Below, piece after piece: positions 37,802 through 47,742 of a DNA stretch of 64,000 nucleotides (position 1 is its first letter; the number at the start of each line of letters is the position of its first letter). Below the pieces are notes generated by a model. It was not told the origin of the DNA. It made no database searches and was given only the letters and a program-made list of their open reading frames with translations. The DNA lies in contig CAWIIB010000009.1 in assembly GCA_963836075.1 (NCBI GenBank), positions 1,504,001-1,568,000 of the forward strand. The letters run 5' to 3'. This stretch comes from an uncultured Acidobacteriota bacterium (lineage in GTDB: Bacteria; Acidobacteriota; JAQAZP01). The position numbers and the translations under genes were made by a program.

Positions 37802-40120
37802 ATGACGGGGCAGAGCGGAATCAGGCATCGGTGGACTTTTTTCACGCCGGTTCTCGGTGCTTTTTTGATGCTGGCCCTGCTCCTCGCCGGCGGCTGCCGT
37901 CAGCCCTCCCTCGAGGACACGGTCCGGCATCTCGATTTGAGCGAACAGCTCAGCCGGGCCGAGGCCTGGGGGCCGGTTGAATTGCTGGACCTGGGGACCG
38001 GAGAGCACAAACTGAACCTGCTGGACGGGCTCTATTTCGCCGAGCGGGAGCCCGACGGCCGGACCTTTGCCTGGTCCTGGGGGGACGAGACCAGTTTTCT
38101 GCTCACCTGCCCGTCCCCCCGCCCGCGTACCCTGGCCATCTGCTGCCGGCGTCTGGGAGTGGAGCAACTGGACGACCTGCAGGTTGAGGTCTCGCTCAAC
38201 GGCAATTCCCTGGGCATTTTTACCCCGGGGACGGAATACGCGGACCACCGGTTGGAGGCGCCGGCCGGGGCCTGGCTGGATGGGGACAATATCCTGGTCC
38301 TGCACTATTCGGAGGACGTCTACCTGCCGGACGTGATTCCGGGGAACACCGACACCCGCCGGGTGGCGGTGCAGATGGATGCGATCCGGATCATTGCCGG
38401 CCTTAATGCGGGCGATGACGCGAAACCGGTGCTCGCCGGGGAGGGGCGGGTGGGCCTACCTGTCCCCGCGGATGTCTCCTGGCACTTTCAGGTTCCCCTG
38501 GGGGGGCTGCTGGTTTTTGGCAGTGAATCCGGAGACCCGGCTGAGCTGCGGGTGAGTGTGGCCACCGATGATGCTCCTCCAATTGAGATTTACCGCCGCC
38601 GCATTCCTGCCGGCGGGCAGAGTGATCAGGTCACCCTGGACCTGGCACACTGGTCAGGGCGCTTCGTTCGCCTCACCTGCTCGGTGGACCTTGCGGACGG
38701 GGCCGCCGCTGACACCGGACAGACCGTTCACCTGTTGCAGCCCGAGATCCGGGCCCCGGCGCCGCCGCCAGCTCCTCCGCTGCCGGCCGCCCCTGCCGGG
38801 CCGCCGCCGGACGTGCTGGTCTACGTGATGGACGCCCTGCGGGCGGGCCACCTCTCGGCCTACGGCCACCCCCGGCGCACCAGCCCGGTGCTCGACCGCC
38901 TCTCCCGCCAAGGCCAGCTCTTCAGCAGCGCGTTCTCCCAGGCGCCGAACACCGCTCCGTCGGTGAAATCGCTGTTCACCGGACGGTTCCTCCCCTTCAC
39001 CGGGTATGCCGTCCTTTCCCCGGACCACCCGACCATGGCCGAGGTCTTTTCCAGGTCCGGCTACTCCACCGGTCTTTTTTCCAATAACCCGTACATGGGG
39101 CCGGAGCTGGGGTTTTACCGCGGCTTCGATCACGTGGCCGAGGAGATCCTCTTCCGCCGCCAGCCGGTGAAGGACTTTGCCGGCCAGGCCACCGACGCCT
39201 TCATTAACTGGGCCGCGGAGCTCCCCGCCGGCCGGCCGTTCTTCGCTTACGTCCACACCATTCACCCGCACAACCCCTACCAGGCGCCGGCGCCCTTCGA
39301 CGGGGCTTTTCAACCCGCCGGGGAGGGGCCGGAGGAGGACCTCTCCACCGAGGCCCTCCTGGAATACGTCTACGGCCAGCGGGCGCTGGGGGACGGTACG
39401 CTGCAGCGGATGCGCGACCACTACGACGGCGACATCCTGTACAACGACCTGGAGCTGGGGCGTCTGCTGGCCTGGCTTGGCAACGCCGGCCGGGACCGGG
39501 AGACAGTGATCTTCATCACTGCCGACCACGGGGAGGAACTGGCCGACCACGGCGGGCTGCTTCACGGTTTCACGCTCTACGACGAGCAGATCCACGTGCC
39601 GCTGATCCTGGTCCCGCCGGCTGGAAGAGCGGCGGCCGGGGCGCCGGGCACGGTGATCACCCACAACGTGCGCCTGGTGGACCTGGCCCCCACGCTGTTC
39701 GAGATGAGCGGGGTCACCGAACCTCCGCCCACCGAGGGGGACCCGCTCACCGGATTCACCGGCCACCGCACGGTCTTTTCCTCGGCTTCTTCGGCCGCCG
39801 GGATCTACACCGTGCGCACCGGCCGCTGGAAATATGTCTTTGCCCCGCGAACCAGGCACCTCTGGGGCATGGGGGAGGGCCTGGGGCGGACACGGAAGCT
39901 GCACTACCTCTTTGACCTGCAGGCCGACCCGGGTGAGCGGCAGAACCTCGCCAGCCGGATGCAGGTGACCAGAAAGGCGCTCCAGGCCCGTCTGCTGGAG
40001 TGGATCCACCGCCAGTCCCTGCTGGACAATGCAGCGGGGGACGAGGAGCGGGGGCGGATGCCGGATTTTGACGAGGAGACCAGGCAACGGCTCCTCGATC
40101 TCGGATACATTGCTGAATAA
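37802..40120 (+). CDS. Sulfatase-like (alkaline phosphatase superfamily) lipoprotein
   Basis: Lipobox LAGGC; MDALRAGHL, QAPNTAPS..SLFTG, HPHNPY, YDGDI, TADHGE, DPGE..NLA. Confidence 0.88.
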   Translation: MTGQSGIRHRWTFFTPVLGAFLMLALLLAGGCRQPSLEDTVRHLDLSEQLSRAEAWGPVELLDLGTGEHKLNLLDGLYFAEREPDGRTFAWSWGDETSFLLTCPSPRPRTLAICCRRLGVEQLDDLQVEVSLNGNSLGIFTPGTEYADHRLEAPAGAWLDGDNILVLHYSEDVYLPDVIPGNTDTRRVAVQMDAIRIIAGLNAGDDAKPVLAGEGRVGLPVPADVSWHFQVPLGGLLVFGSESGDPAELRVSVATDDAPPIEIYRRRIPAGGQSDQVTLDLAHWSGRFVRLTCSVDLADGAAADTGQTVHLLQPEIRAPAPPPAPPLPAAPAGPPPDVLVYVMDALRAGHLSAYGHPRRTSPVLDRLSRQGQLFSSAFSQAPNTAPSVKSLFTGRFLPFTGYAVLSPDHPTMAEVFSRSGYSTGLFSNNPYMGPELGFYRGFDHVAEEILFRRQPVKDFAGQATDAFINWAAELPAGRPFFAYVHTIHPHNPYQAPAPFDGAFQPAGEGPEEDLSTEALLEYVYGQRALGDGTLQRMRDHYDGDILYNDLELGRLLAWLGNAGRDRETVIFITADHGEELADHGGLLHGFTLYDEQIHVPLILVPPAGRAAAGAPGTVITHNVRLVDLAPTLFEMSGVTEPPPTEGDPLTGFTGHRTVFSSASSAAGIYTVRTGRWKYVFAPRTRHLWGMGEGLGRTRKLHYLFDLQADPGERQNLASRMQVTRKALQARLLEWIHRQSLLDNAAGDEERGRMPDFDEETRQRLLDLGYIAE

Positions 40121-40177
40121 AATGGGCGTTATCTGAACCGGCCGGCCTGCTGCCGGCACACTCATTGGAGGGGGATC

Positions 40178-41578
40178 ATGGGCGGATTTTTTGGTGTTGT
40201 TTCCCGGGACGACTGCGTGGAAGATCTCTTCTACGGCACCGACTACCATTCACATCTCGGAACCCAGCGGGGGGGCCTTGCCGTCTGGTCCGACTCCGGC
40301 ATCCAGCGAAAAATCCACAACATCACCAATGCCCAGTTCCGCAGCAAGTTCGACGACCATATCGTCACCATGAAGGGCCGCCAGGGCATCGGCGTGATCA
40401 GCGACTACGAGTCCCAGCCGCTGATCATCCGTTCCCACCTCGGTCTGTACACGCTGGTCACCGTGGGGGTGTTGAGCAATCTCGAGGACCTGGCCGCCGA
40501 ATCCTTTGCCGACAAGTCCACACACTTCTCCGAGATCAGCGGGTCCGAACCGAACCCCACCGAGGTGGTGGCCGCGCTGATCAACCAGGGGACCAGCTTC
40601 GTGGACGGGATCCGCATCGCCCAGGAGCGGATCGAAGGCTCCTGTTCGATGCTGCTGCTGCGCGGGAACCGGCTCTACGCCGCTCGCGACCGGCTGGGCC
40701 GCACCCCGGTGATCATCGGCCAGAAGCCGGGGGCCATCGCCGCGACCCTGGAAACCTGCGCCTTCCCCAGCCTGGGGTACGAGACGGTGCACGAACTGGG
40801 CCCGGGTGAGATCGTCTGCATCGAGGGTGAGGGCTGGCAGACCGTCCAGCCGCCGGGGGACCGGCTGCAGATCTGCGCCTTCCTCTGGATCTACTACGGC
40901 TACCCGGCCTCGCGCTACGAAACGATCAACGTGGAGGCCTCCCGCAACCGCTGCGGTGAAGCGCTGGCTGCCCGTGAGGAGATGGAGATCGACATTGTGG
41001 CCGGGATCCCCGACTCGGGCACGGCGCACGGCCTGGGATACGCCAGCGCCGCCGGCATCCCCTACCGCCGGCCCTTCGTCAAGTACACCCCCACCTGGCC
41101 CCGCAGTTTCATGCCCCAGAACCAGTCGGTGCGCGACCTGGTGGCGCGGATGAAGCTGATCCCGGTGCGCGACTACATCACCGGCAAGCGGCTGCTCTTC
41201 TGCGAGGACTCCATCGTGCGGGGGACCCAGCTCAAGGACACCATTTCCCGGCTTTTTGATTACGGGGCCAAGGAGGTGCACATGCGGCCGGCCTGCCCGG
41301 CGCTGATGTTCGGTTGCAAATTCCTCAACTTCTCCCGCTCCAAGTCGGAGCTCGACCTGGCGGCCCGCCGGGCGGTGCGTGAACTTGAGGGGACTGACCC
41401 CGAGGATCTCTCGGCCTATGTCGATCCCGATACGGACAAGCACCACGCCATGATCGAGCGGATTGGTCAGCGCCTGGGGCTCACCTCTCTCCGCTACCAG
41501 CGGCTGGAGGACATGGTGGCTGCCATCGGGATGCCCAAGGAGAAACTCTGCACCTACTGCTGGGACAAGGCCGAGTAA
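40178..41578 (+). CDS. purF: Amidophosphoribosyltransferase (variant lacking the N-terminal Cys)
   Basis: ARDRLGRTP, GIPDSG, KYTPTWPRSF, EDSIVRGT PRPP loop, CTYC; starts MGGFFG. Confidence 0.9.
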   Translation: MGGFFGVVSRDDCVEDLFYGTDYHSHLGTQRGGLAVWSDSGIQRKIHNITNAQFRSKFDDHIVTMKGRQGIGVISDYESQPLIIRSHLGLYTLVTVGVLSNLEDLAAESFADKSTHFSEISGSEPNPTEVVAALINQGTSFVDGIRIAQERIEGSCSMLLLRGNRLYAARDRLGRTPVIIGQKPGAIAATLETCAFPSLGYETVHELGPGEIVCIEGEGWQTVQPPGDRLQICAFLWIYYGYPASRYETINVEASRNRCGEALAAREEMEIDIVAGIPDSGTAHGLGYASAAGIPYRRPFVKYTPTWPRSFMPQNQSVRDLVARMKLIPVRDYITGKRLLFCEDSIVRGTQLKDTISRLFDYGAKEVHMRPACPALMFGCKFLNFSRSKSELDLAARRAVRELEGTDPEDLSAYVDPDTDKHHAMIERIGQRLGLTSLRYQRLEDMVAAIGMPKEKLCTYCWDKAE

Positions 41579-41583
41579 ACCGG

Positions 41584-42177
41584 TCAGCTGGAATTCTTCT
41601 CCCAGCGATAGACGCGCTGGGGAGGGATGCTGAGCAGTTCCAGGTCCACCCGCGCTTCGCCCAGCACGGGACTGGTCAGACCATCCACGGCGTTGCGGAT
41701 CTGGTAAGCCACGAAGCGGCCGCCGGGCGGCAGCAGGCGGGCGATCAGGTCCAGCAGGCGGGCGCCGGCTTCAGCGCTCATGGTGGAGAAGGGAATTCCA
41801 GAGACCACCGTGTCCGGCGGAGCCAGACCGTGGTCGGCCAGGGAGGTTTCCATCTCCAGGGCGCTGCCGCAGTGAACCGTCAGGCGGGTATCCTCGATCC
41901 GGCGGATACGGGCGCAGAAGAGCGGGTTGATATCGAGGCTGAGCAGCGAGGCTTCCGGCGGCAGAGCCTTGAGGATGGCCCTGGTGACGCCGCCGGTTCC
42001 CGGCCCCAGCTCAACCACCGAGCGTGATCTGCTGATGCCTCCGGCCAGCACCACCCGCTGTTCCAGGAATCGCGAACTGGGAATGACCGACCCGATCTGC
42101 CGTGGGTGTTTCAGGAATTCTTTGAAGAAGACGGCCCGGTCCTGCATTCGTGAAAAAAGATCCTGGTTCCAGCCCAT
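41584..42177 (-). CDS. SAM-dependent methyltransferase, phospholipid N-methyltransferase (PmtA)-like
   Basis: FLKHPRQIGSVIPSSRFL, VVELGPGTG, VVSGIPF. Confidence 0.85.
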   Translation of the reverse strand: MGWNQDLFSRMQDRAVFFKEFLKHPRQIGSVIPSSRFLEQRVVLAGGISRSRSVVELGPGTGGVTRAILKALPPEASLLSLDINPLFCARIRRIEDTRLTVHCGSALEMETSLADHGLAPPDTVVSGIPFSTMSAEAGARLLDLIARLLPPGGRFVAYQIRNAVDGLTSPVLGEARVDLELLSIPPQRVYRWEKNSS

Positions 42178-42301
42178 TGCTGATCTCCAGTGAGGTTCTC
42201 CCCTTGGACAGTGGATGCCCGGTGTGCCTGTGAGGACTTTATACCACGGTGCACCGGGATCCGTCGAGGAGCGGCGCCGCAACGGCGAGCGCATTCCGTT
42301 C

Positions 42302-42330
42302 TTGACAGGTCCCGGAAGTTTCCTTAAGCT
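42302..42330 (+). promoter_or_regulatory. Sigma70-type promoter
   Basis: TTGACA(42302)-N17-TAAGCT(42325). Confidence 0.65.
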
Positions 42331-42367
42331 AATTTTCGGGTGTTCGGTACCTTTCCCGAGGGAGATC

Positions 42368-42862
42368 ATGCACCAGTTAACCCCCAGCCAGGAAAACTAT
42401 CTGGAGTGGATTTACCGCCTCTCCCTCGACGGGCCGGTGCGCATGGGCGATCTGGCCTCCAAGCTCGGGGTCAAGGCCCCCAGCGCCAGCCGGGCGGTTA
42501 CCGGGTTGGCCAGGCTCAAACTGGTGAATCATCAGGTTTACGGGAGGATTGAGCTGACGGCAGAAGGCACCCGGGTGGGCCGGGCCCTGGTCCGCCGCAG
42601 CGACTGCCTCACCAGGCTGCTGGTGGAGATCCTGGGGATGGATGCCGCGGCGGCCGTTCCCGAAGTCCATCGGCTGGAACACGTTCTGGGCCAGGAGGTC
42701 CACTCGCGCCTGGAAGTCCTGGTGGATTTCGCCGGTTCGTCCCCCGCCTGGGTCAAGCGGCTCCAGCACCGGATCGAACAGCGGACCCAGCCGGAGGACG
42801 ACCCGGAAGGATTCGGGATCGGCAGGACCGAGATTCATGTCGGCCTCGACCGCCGGGACTGA
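42368..42862 (+). CDS. DtxR/MntR family metal-dependent transcriptional regulator
   Basis: LTPSQENYLE.IY.L, DLA.KLGV..PS, YG.I.LT.EG, LG......E...LEH.L. Confidence 0.9.
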   Translation: MHQLTPSQENYLEWIYRLSLDGPVRMGDLASKLGVKAPSASRAVTGLARLKLVNHQVYGRIELTAEGTRVGRALVRRSDCLTRLLVEILGMDAAAAVPEVHRLEHVLGQEVHSRLEVLVDFAGSSPAWVKRLQHRIEQRTQPEDDPEGFGIGRTEIHVGLDRRD

Positions 42863-43046
42863 CCTCCGGACACAACCCACGGCCATTCCCTTAATACCCT
42901 TCTAAACCGGTTACGCCTTCCTTTGCGGGCCGTGAACGTTCCGGCTCGCCCCTGTGGGATCGGCTGCCGATCTTGATCGGTGGCAGGCTCTTCTCTATAC
43001 TTGGATTCCTGGTGCCGGAACTCTCCCACGCCGTGAGGCCAAGCCG

Positions 43047-43757
43047 ATGGGATCAATAACTTCAGAGCCGCTGAAAATTTCCGTGGTGATGCCTGTCTTC
43101 AACGAGGCGGCCACTGTTCGGTCGATCATCGACCTGGTCTGCGAGCAGGAGCTGGTGGACGAACTGGTGGTGGTTGACGACTGTTCCACCGACGGCACCG
43201 GCGAGATTCTCGCCGCGGTGGACATCCCGGCGGTGCGGGTGCTGCGCCACGAGACGAACCGGGGCAAGGGCGCCGCGCTGCGCACCGGGTTTGCCCAGGC
43301 CAGCGGGGACGTGGTCCTGGTCCAGGATGCCGACCTGGAGTACGACCCCCGGGAATACCGGCTGCTGATCCAGCCCATCGCCGAAGGGAAAGCCGATGTG
43401 GTCTACGGCAGCCGCTTCGCCGGCGGCGGGACTCACCGCGTGCTCTACTTCTGGCACTCGGTGGGCAACAGGATGCTGACTCTGCTCTCCAACATCTTCA
43501 CTGACCTCAACCTCACCGACATGGAAGTCTGCTACAAGGCATTCCGCAGCGAGGTCCTCCGTCGGATCACGCTCAAGGAGGACCGCTTCGGTTTCGAACC
43601 CGAAGTGACGGCCAAGATCGCCCGGCTGAAGGTCAGGATTTACGAGGTGCCGGTGAGTTACTACGGCCGCACCTACGCCGAGGGCAAAAAGATCGGTCTC
43701 CGCGACGCCTTCCGCACGCTCTGGTGCATTATCCGCTACAACACCTTCAGCAGATAG
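43047..43757 (+). CDS. Family 2 glycosyltransferase (polyprenol-phosphate glycosyltransferase/DPM-like)
   Basis: VDDCSTDGT, NRGKGAALR, QDADLEYDP, VYGSRF, TDMEVCYK, FGFEPE, EGKKIG. Confidence 0.92.
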   Translation: MGSITSEPLKISVVMPVFNEAATVRSIIDLVCEQELVDELVVVDDCSTDGTGEILAAVDIPAVRVLRHETNRGKGAALRTGFAQASGDVVLVQDADLEYDPREYRLLIQPIAEGKADVVYGSRFAGGGTHRVLYFWHSVGNRMLTLLSNIFTDLNLTDMEVCYKAFRSEVLRRITLKEDRFGFEPEVTAKIARLKVRIYEVPVSYYGRTYAEGKKIGLRDAFRTLWCIIRYNTFSR

Positions 43758-43781
43758 CCACCACCGCAATGACGGACGGAT

Positions 43782-44618
43782 TCAGGCCGCACCCCGGGCC
43801 ATGGCCTCCAGCCGCCGGATCCGCTCTTCCATGGGCGGGTGGGTGGAGAAGAACTTCTGCAGGCCGCCGATGAAGGGGTCGACGATGAACAGGTTGGCAT
43901 CCGCCGCATTGCCCCGCCGGCTGATCGGGATCTGTCGCGCCCCCTGGTGCAGCTTGGCCAGGGCGCGGGCCAGGGCCAGCGGGTTGCCGCAGATCTCTGC
44001 GCCGCCCCGGTCGGCGGCATACTCCCGCACCCGGGAGATGGCCATGCGCAGCAACATGGCGCCCAGCGGCGCACCCACCATGATCAGTATCATGCCCAGC
44101 GGGTTGTTGCTGCGGGACCGGCCCGCGGTGCCGAAGCGGGCGAACTGACCCAGGGTGGCGATGGCGCCGGCAAAGGTGGCGGCAATGGTGCCGGTGAGAA
44201 TGTCGCGATTTTTCACGTGGGCCAGCTCGTGGGCCATCACGCCTTCCAGTTCATCCTTCTCCAGGATCCTGAGAATGCCCCGGGTGGCCGCCACGGCGGC
44301 ATGCTGCGGGTTGCGCCCGGTGGCGAACGCGTTGGGCGTGTCTTCGGGCACGAGGTAGACCTTGGGCATGGGCAGGCCGGCTTTTTGTGTCAGCCCGGCC
44401 ACCATGGAATAGAGGCCCGACCCGTCCTCCGCCGTAATCTCCGCCGCGCGGTAGCGCTTGAGCACCAGTTTGTCGCTGAACCAGTAGGAGAAGAAGTTCA
44501 TTGCCGCGGCGGCGAGGAAGGCCAGGACAGCGCCGTCCCGACCTCCCACCGCCCCGCCAACCAGCACGAACATGACGGTGAGGGCCACCATCAGCATGAA
44601 GGTGCGGGACCTGTTCAT
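43782..44618 (-). CDS. htpX: Zinc metalloprotease HtpX
   Basis: PNAFATGR, HELAH, SRVREYAAD, FSTHPP.EERI. Confidence 0.95.
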   Translation of the reverse strand: MNRSRTFMLMVALTVMFVLVGGAVGGRDGAVLAFLAAAAMNFFSYWFSDKLVLKRYRAAEITAEDGSGLYSMVAGLTQKAGLPMPKVYLVPEDTPNAFATGRNPQHAAVAATRGILRILEKDELEGVMAHELAHVKNRDILTGTIAATFAGAIATLGQFARFGTAGRSRSNNPLGMILIMVGAPLGAMLLRMAISRVREYAADRGGAEICGNPLALARALAKLHQGARQIPISRRGNAADANLFIVDPFIGGLQKFFSTHPPMEERIRRLEAMARGAA

Positions 44619-44641
44619 TTATCACCTCATCCGCGGTGCGA

Positions 44642-44845
44642 TCAGTCGCCGATGACGAAGGTCACCTTGAGGTTCACCCGGTAGGCGGTCACCTTGTTGT
44701 CCTTGACCGTCACCTGCTGGTCCTTGACCCAGGCGGTCTTGATCTTGTCCACGGTTTTGCCGGCCCGCTTGATGCCTTCCTGGATGGCATCTTCAAAGCT
44801 CTTTGATGACTCGGCGCTGATTTCGATCACTTTGGCCACTGACAT
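44642..44845 (-). CDS. Dodecin family flavin-binding protein
   Basis: MSVAKVIEISAES.KSFEDAI..G...A.KT...I..AWV...YRVNLKVTF, 67 aa. Confidence 0.9.
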   Translation of the reverse strand: MSVAKVIEISAESSKSFEDAIQEGIKRAGKTVDKIKTAWVKDQQVTVKDNKVTAYRVNLKVTFVIGD

Positions 44846-45112
44846 AATTGATCCCCTTTTGCTGTTCAGCAAGGCTGAGTTTTGGGTGTGGGACCGGGAC
44901 ACGGTCCGGGCATTCATTATATCCACATGAGACAAGACAACGGAACAGAAAAAAAGTCACCTGGCGGAGGTGGTGGAAATCCGGAGCAGGGTGCGGGGCC
45001 GCTGTGTACCCTGACCTGCCGGGCTTGTTCCCTCCGACGTGCCGGAAATGATATATAGATGGGATGAGCGGACCAGGGTGGCCCGTGGTTCAACCATACG
45101 AGGGCATTGCCA

Positions 45113-45667
45113 ATGGAAGCGATCATCCCCAAGAAGCTTTTTTTCACCAAGGGCGTGGGACATCACCGCAACAAACTGCAGAGCTTCGAGCTGGCCCTGC
45201 GGAGCGCCGGGATCGAAAAGTGCAACCTGGTCTATGTTTCCAGCATCTTCCCTCCCGATTGCAAGATCATCTCCCGCGAGGAGGGGATCAGCCAGCTCAA
45301 GCCGGGGCAGATCACTTTTGCCGTGCTGGCCAAGGAGCAGACCAACGAGCCAAACCGCCAGCTCTCGGCGGCCATCGGTCTGGCCCGGCCCAAAAACAGC
45401 CAGCAATACGGATATATCAGCGAGCACCACGGCTTTGGGGAGACCATGCGCAAGTCGGCCGATTTCGCCGAGGACCTGGCCGCCACCATGCTCGCTTCCA
45501 CCCTGGGGATCGAGCTCGATCCCGGTGTCGCCTGGGACGAGCGCAAGCAGGTCTACAAGGTTGGCCAGCGGCTCTTCGTCACCCGCAGCATCGCCCAGTC
45601 GGCCCGGGGCCACAAGGACGGCCTCTGGACCACGGTGGTTTCCAGTATCGTTTTTCTCATCTCCTGA
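45113..45667 (+). CDS. pdaD: Pyruvoyl-dependent arginine decarboxylase
   Basis: IPKK.FFTKGVG.H, SFELALR.AGI..CNLV.VSSI.P (Ser-Ser cleavage site), YGYISEHH. Confidence 0.9.
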   Translation: MEAIIPKKLFFTKGVGHHRNKLQSFELALRSAGIEKCNLVYVSSIFPPDCKIISREEGISQLKPGQITFAVLAKEQTNEPNRQLSAAIGLARPKNSQQYGYISEHHGFGETMRKSADFAEDLAATMLASTLGIELDPGVAWDERKQVYKVGQRLFVTRSIAQSARGHKDGLWTTVVSSIVFLIS

Positions 45668-45736
45668 CCTCCGGTGTCCGGACCCTGGACCGGACTGTTT
45701 CCTGGAGGCCCATGGATCAGGAAGGCAGGCTGCTTC

Positions 45737-46810
45737 ATGAGTGCCAGTTCTTCGCATTTCGCTGATGCACCCGACATCATCCCCCCGCGTCTGAAAAAGG
45801 GGATGTCGATGACCGAGCTGGTTCAGTTCATGGGCCGGACCTGCTTCGAAGCGCGAAACGTGGCCGCCGGGGCCCGCCTGTTCGGCCGGATGATCGGCGA
45901 AGGGGATACCATCTGGCTCGGCATCGCCGGGGCCGGTATCGCCGGCGGGATGGGCGGGATGGTGATCGACCTGATCGAGGCCGGGTTCATCGACGTGATC
46001 TGTTCCACCGGCGCCCAGGTCTATCACGATCTGCACTTCGCCTTCGGCCTGCCGGTGAAGGCGATCCATCCCCAGGCGGACGACGATGAACTGCGGCGTT
46101 GCGGCGACGTACGGATCTACGACATCGGCATCCGGGACAAGGAGACACTGGACGCCCAGGACACCTTGATCCGCCGTTTCGTCAGGGAGTGCCACGCCGC
46201 CGAGTTCGCCGGCCGCGCAGTTTCCAGCTGGGAGTTCAACTTCGCCCTCGGCCGCTGGGTGCTGGCCAAAGCTCCGCACCCCGAGCGGAGCTTCACCGCC
46301 GCCGCGGCCCGGTGCGGCGTGCCGCTTTTCTGGGATTCGCTCTCCAACCACTCCATCGCCCTGAACCTGATCATCACCGATGCCGAGGGGCTGCCGGTGA
46401 CCCTCTCGGCTCAGAAGGATATTTTCGATTCCACCGCCATCGCCTTTTCAGCGAAGAACACCGGTTTTGTCGAGCTCGGCGGCGGCGGGCCGAAGAACTT
46501 CATCCAGCAGACCGGCCCCACGATCAGCCAGATTCTCAAGAAGCCATTTAGCGGCGCTGAGCGGGGCCTGCAGATCGGCACGGCCATGGAGAAGGAGGGG
46601 AGCCTCTCCGGTTGCACCTTCAGCGAGTCGGTCACCTGGGGCAAGTATCACTCGGCGGACGACCGGAAGCTGATCCAGATCTGGGGCGAGTACAGTGTGA
46701 TCTTTCCCCTGCTGGCCGCCCACGTCATCGACAACTGCCCGGCCCGGAAAGCAAAGGACGTGGTCTCCCGGATGCCGGGCTTTATCGCCGCGCTGGAGGA
46801 AGCCCGGTGA
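45737..46810 (+). CDS. Deoxyhypusine synthase-like protein (SpeY-type)
   Basis: STGA..YHD, RIYDI, LGGG.PKNF, GSLSG...SE..TWGK with the active-site Lys position retained. Confidence 0.88.
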   Translation: MSASSSHFADAPDIIPPRLKKGMSMTELVQFMGRTCFEARNVAAGARLFGRMIGEGDTIWLGIAGAGIAGGMGGMVIDLIEAGFIDVICSTGAQVYHDLHFAFGLPVKAIHPQADDDELRRCGDVRIYDIGIRDKETLDAQDTLIRRFVRECHAAEFAGRAVSSWEFNFALGRWVLAKAPHPERSFTAAAARCGVPLFWDSLSNHSIALNLIITDAEGLPVTLSAQKDIFDSTAIAFSAKNTGFVELGGGGPKNFIQQTGPTISQILKKPFSGAERGLQIGTAMEKEGSLSGCTFSESVTWGKYHSADDRKLIQIWGEYSVIFPLLAAHVIDNCPARKAKDVVSRMPGFIAALEEAR

Positions 46811-47742
46811 AACGGTACCACCTGCAGTTCCTGGAACCCGGAGAGGCGCTCACCGGTTTCGATGACGCAGCGGCGGCCATCCTGCCGGTGCCCTACGAAG
46901 GCGGAGTCTCCTGGGGACGGGGTGCGGCCGGCGGGCCCGACGCCCTGCTGAAGGCCTCGGCCCATGTCGAGGAATATGACGAGGTGCTGGATGTTGAACC
47001 CTGTCGGATGGGTATTGTCACCGTAACCCCGCCCGAGATTTCATCGGAGCCTGAGCGGGTGGAGCGGGCTGTCTTCGCCTGCACGGAAGAACTGATCGCC
47101 AACAGCAAGTTCCCGGTGATCATCGGCGGGGATCACTCGGTGAGCCTCGGCGGGTTCCGTGCTTTGCACGGGCGGTATGGCCGCCTCTCCGCCATCCAGC
47201 TGGATGCCCATGCCGACCTGCGGGAGGAATACGAAGGGAGCCGGCTGAGCCACGCCTGCATCATGGCCCGCATCCGGGAGTTCACCCCGGATGTGCTGCA
47301 GCTGGGTATTCGCAGCCTGTCGAAGCCCGAGGCGGAGCGGATTACCCGGGAAGAGCTGGCCGTCTTCACCATGGACCGGCTGCGCGGAAGCGAATTCGAC
47401 CTGGATGCCGAACTGGGTCGCCTGCCCGATCCGGTCTATGTCACGGTGGATCTGGACGCGTTCGACTGGAGTGTTATCCGCGGCACCGGCACCCCGGAGC
47501 CGGGTGGTTTTCTCTGGGCCGAGGGGCTGTCACTGCTGCGACGGATCTTCGAGACGAAGAATGTGGTGGGGTTTGACCTGGTGGAGCTGGCCGGCGGTGA
47601 AGGGGACCGCAATTCGGCCTTTGCCGCGGCCAAGCTTGCCTACCGGATGCTGGGGTTCAAGCTGGCCGCCGAGGTGTCCCGGGGCCATATGGATTGGCCC
47701 CGGGAACCGTGCGGCCCGCTCTCTTCCGTCACTAGTCCTTGA
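46807..47742 (+). CDS. speB: Agmatinase/ureohydrolase
   Basis: GTGA overlap; GGDHS, DAHADL, SHAC, DLDAFD, TGTPEPGG. Confidence 0.88.
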   Translation: MKRYHLQFLEPGEALTGFDDAAAAILPVPYEGGVSWGRGAAGGPDALLKASAHVEEYDEVLDVEPCRMGIVTVTPPEISSEPERVERAVFACTEELIANSKFPVIIGGDHSVSLGGFRALHGRYGRLSAIQLDAHADLREEYEGSRLSHACIMARIREFTPDVLQLGIRSLSKPEAERITREELAVFTMDRLRGSEFDLDAELGRLPDPVYVTVDLDAFDWSVIRGTGTPEPGGFLWAEGLSLLRRIFETKNVVGFDLVELAGGEGDRNSAFAAAKLAYRMLGFKLAAEVSRGHMDWPREPCGPLSSVTSP

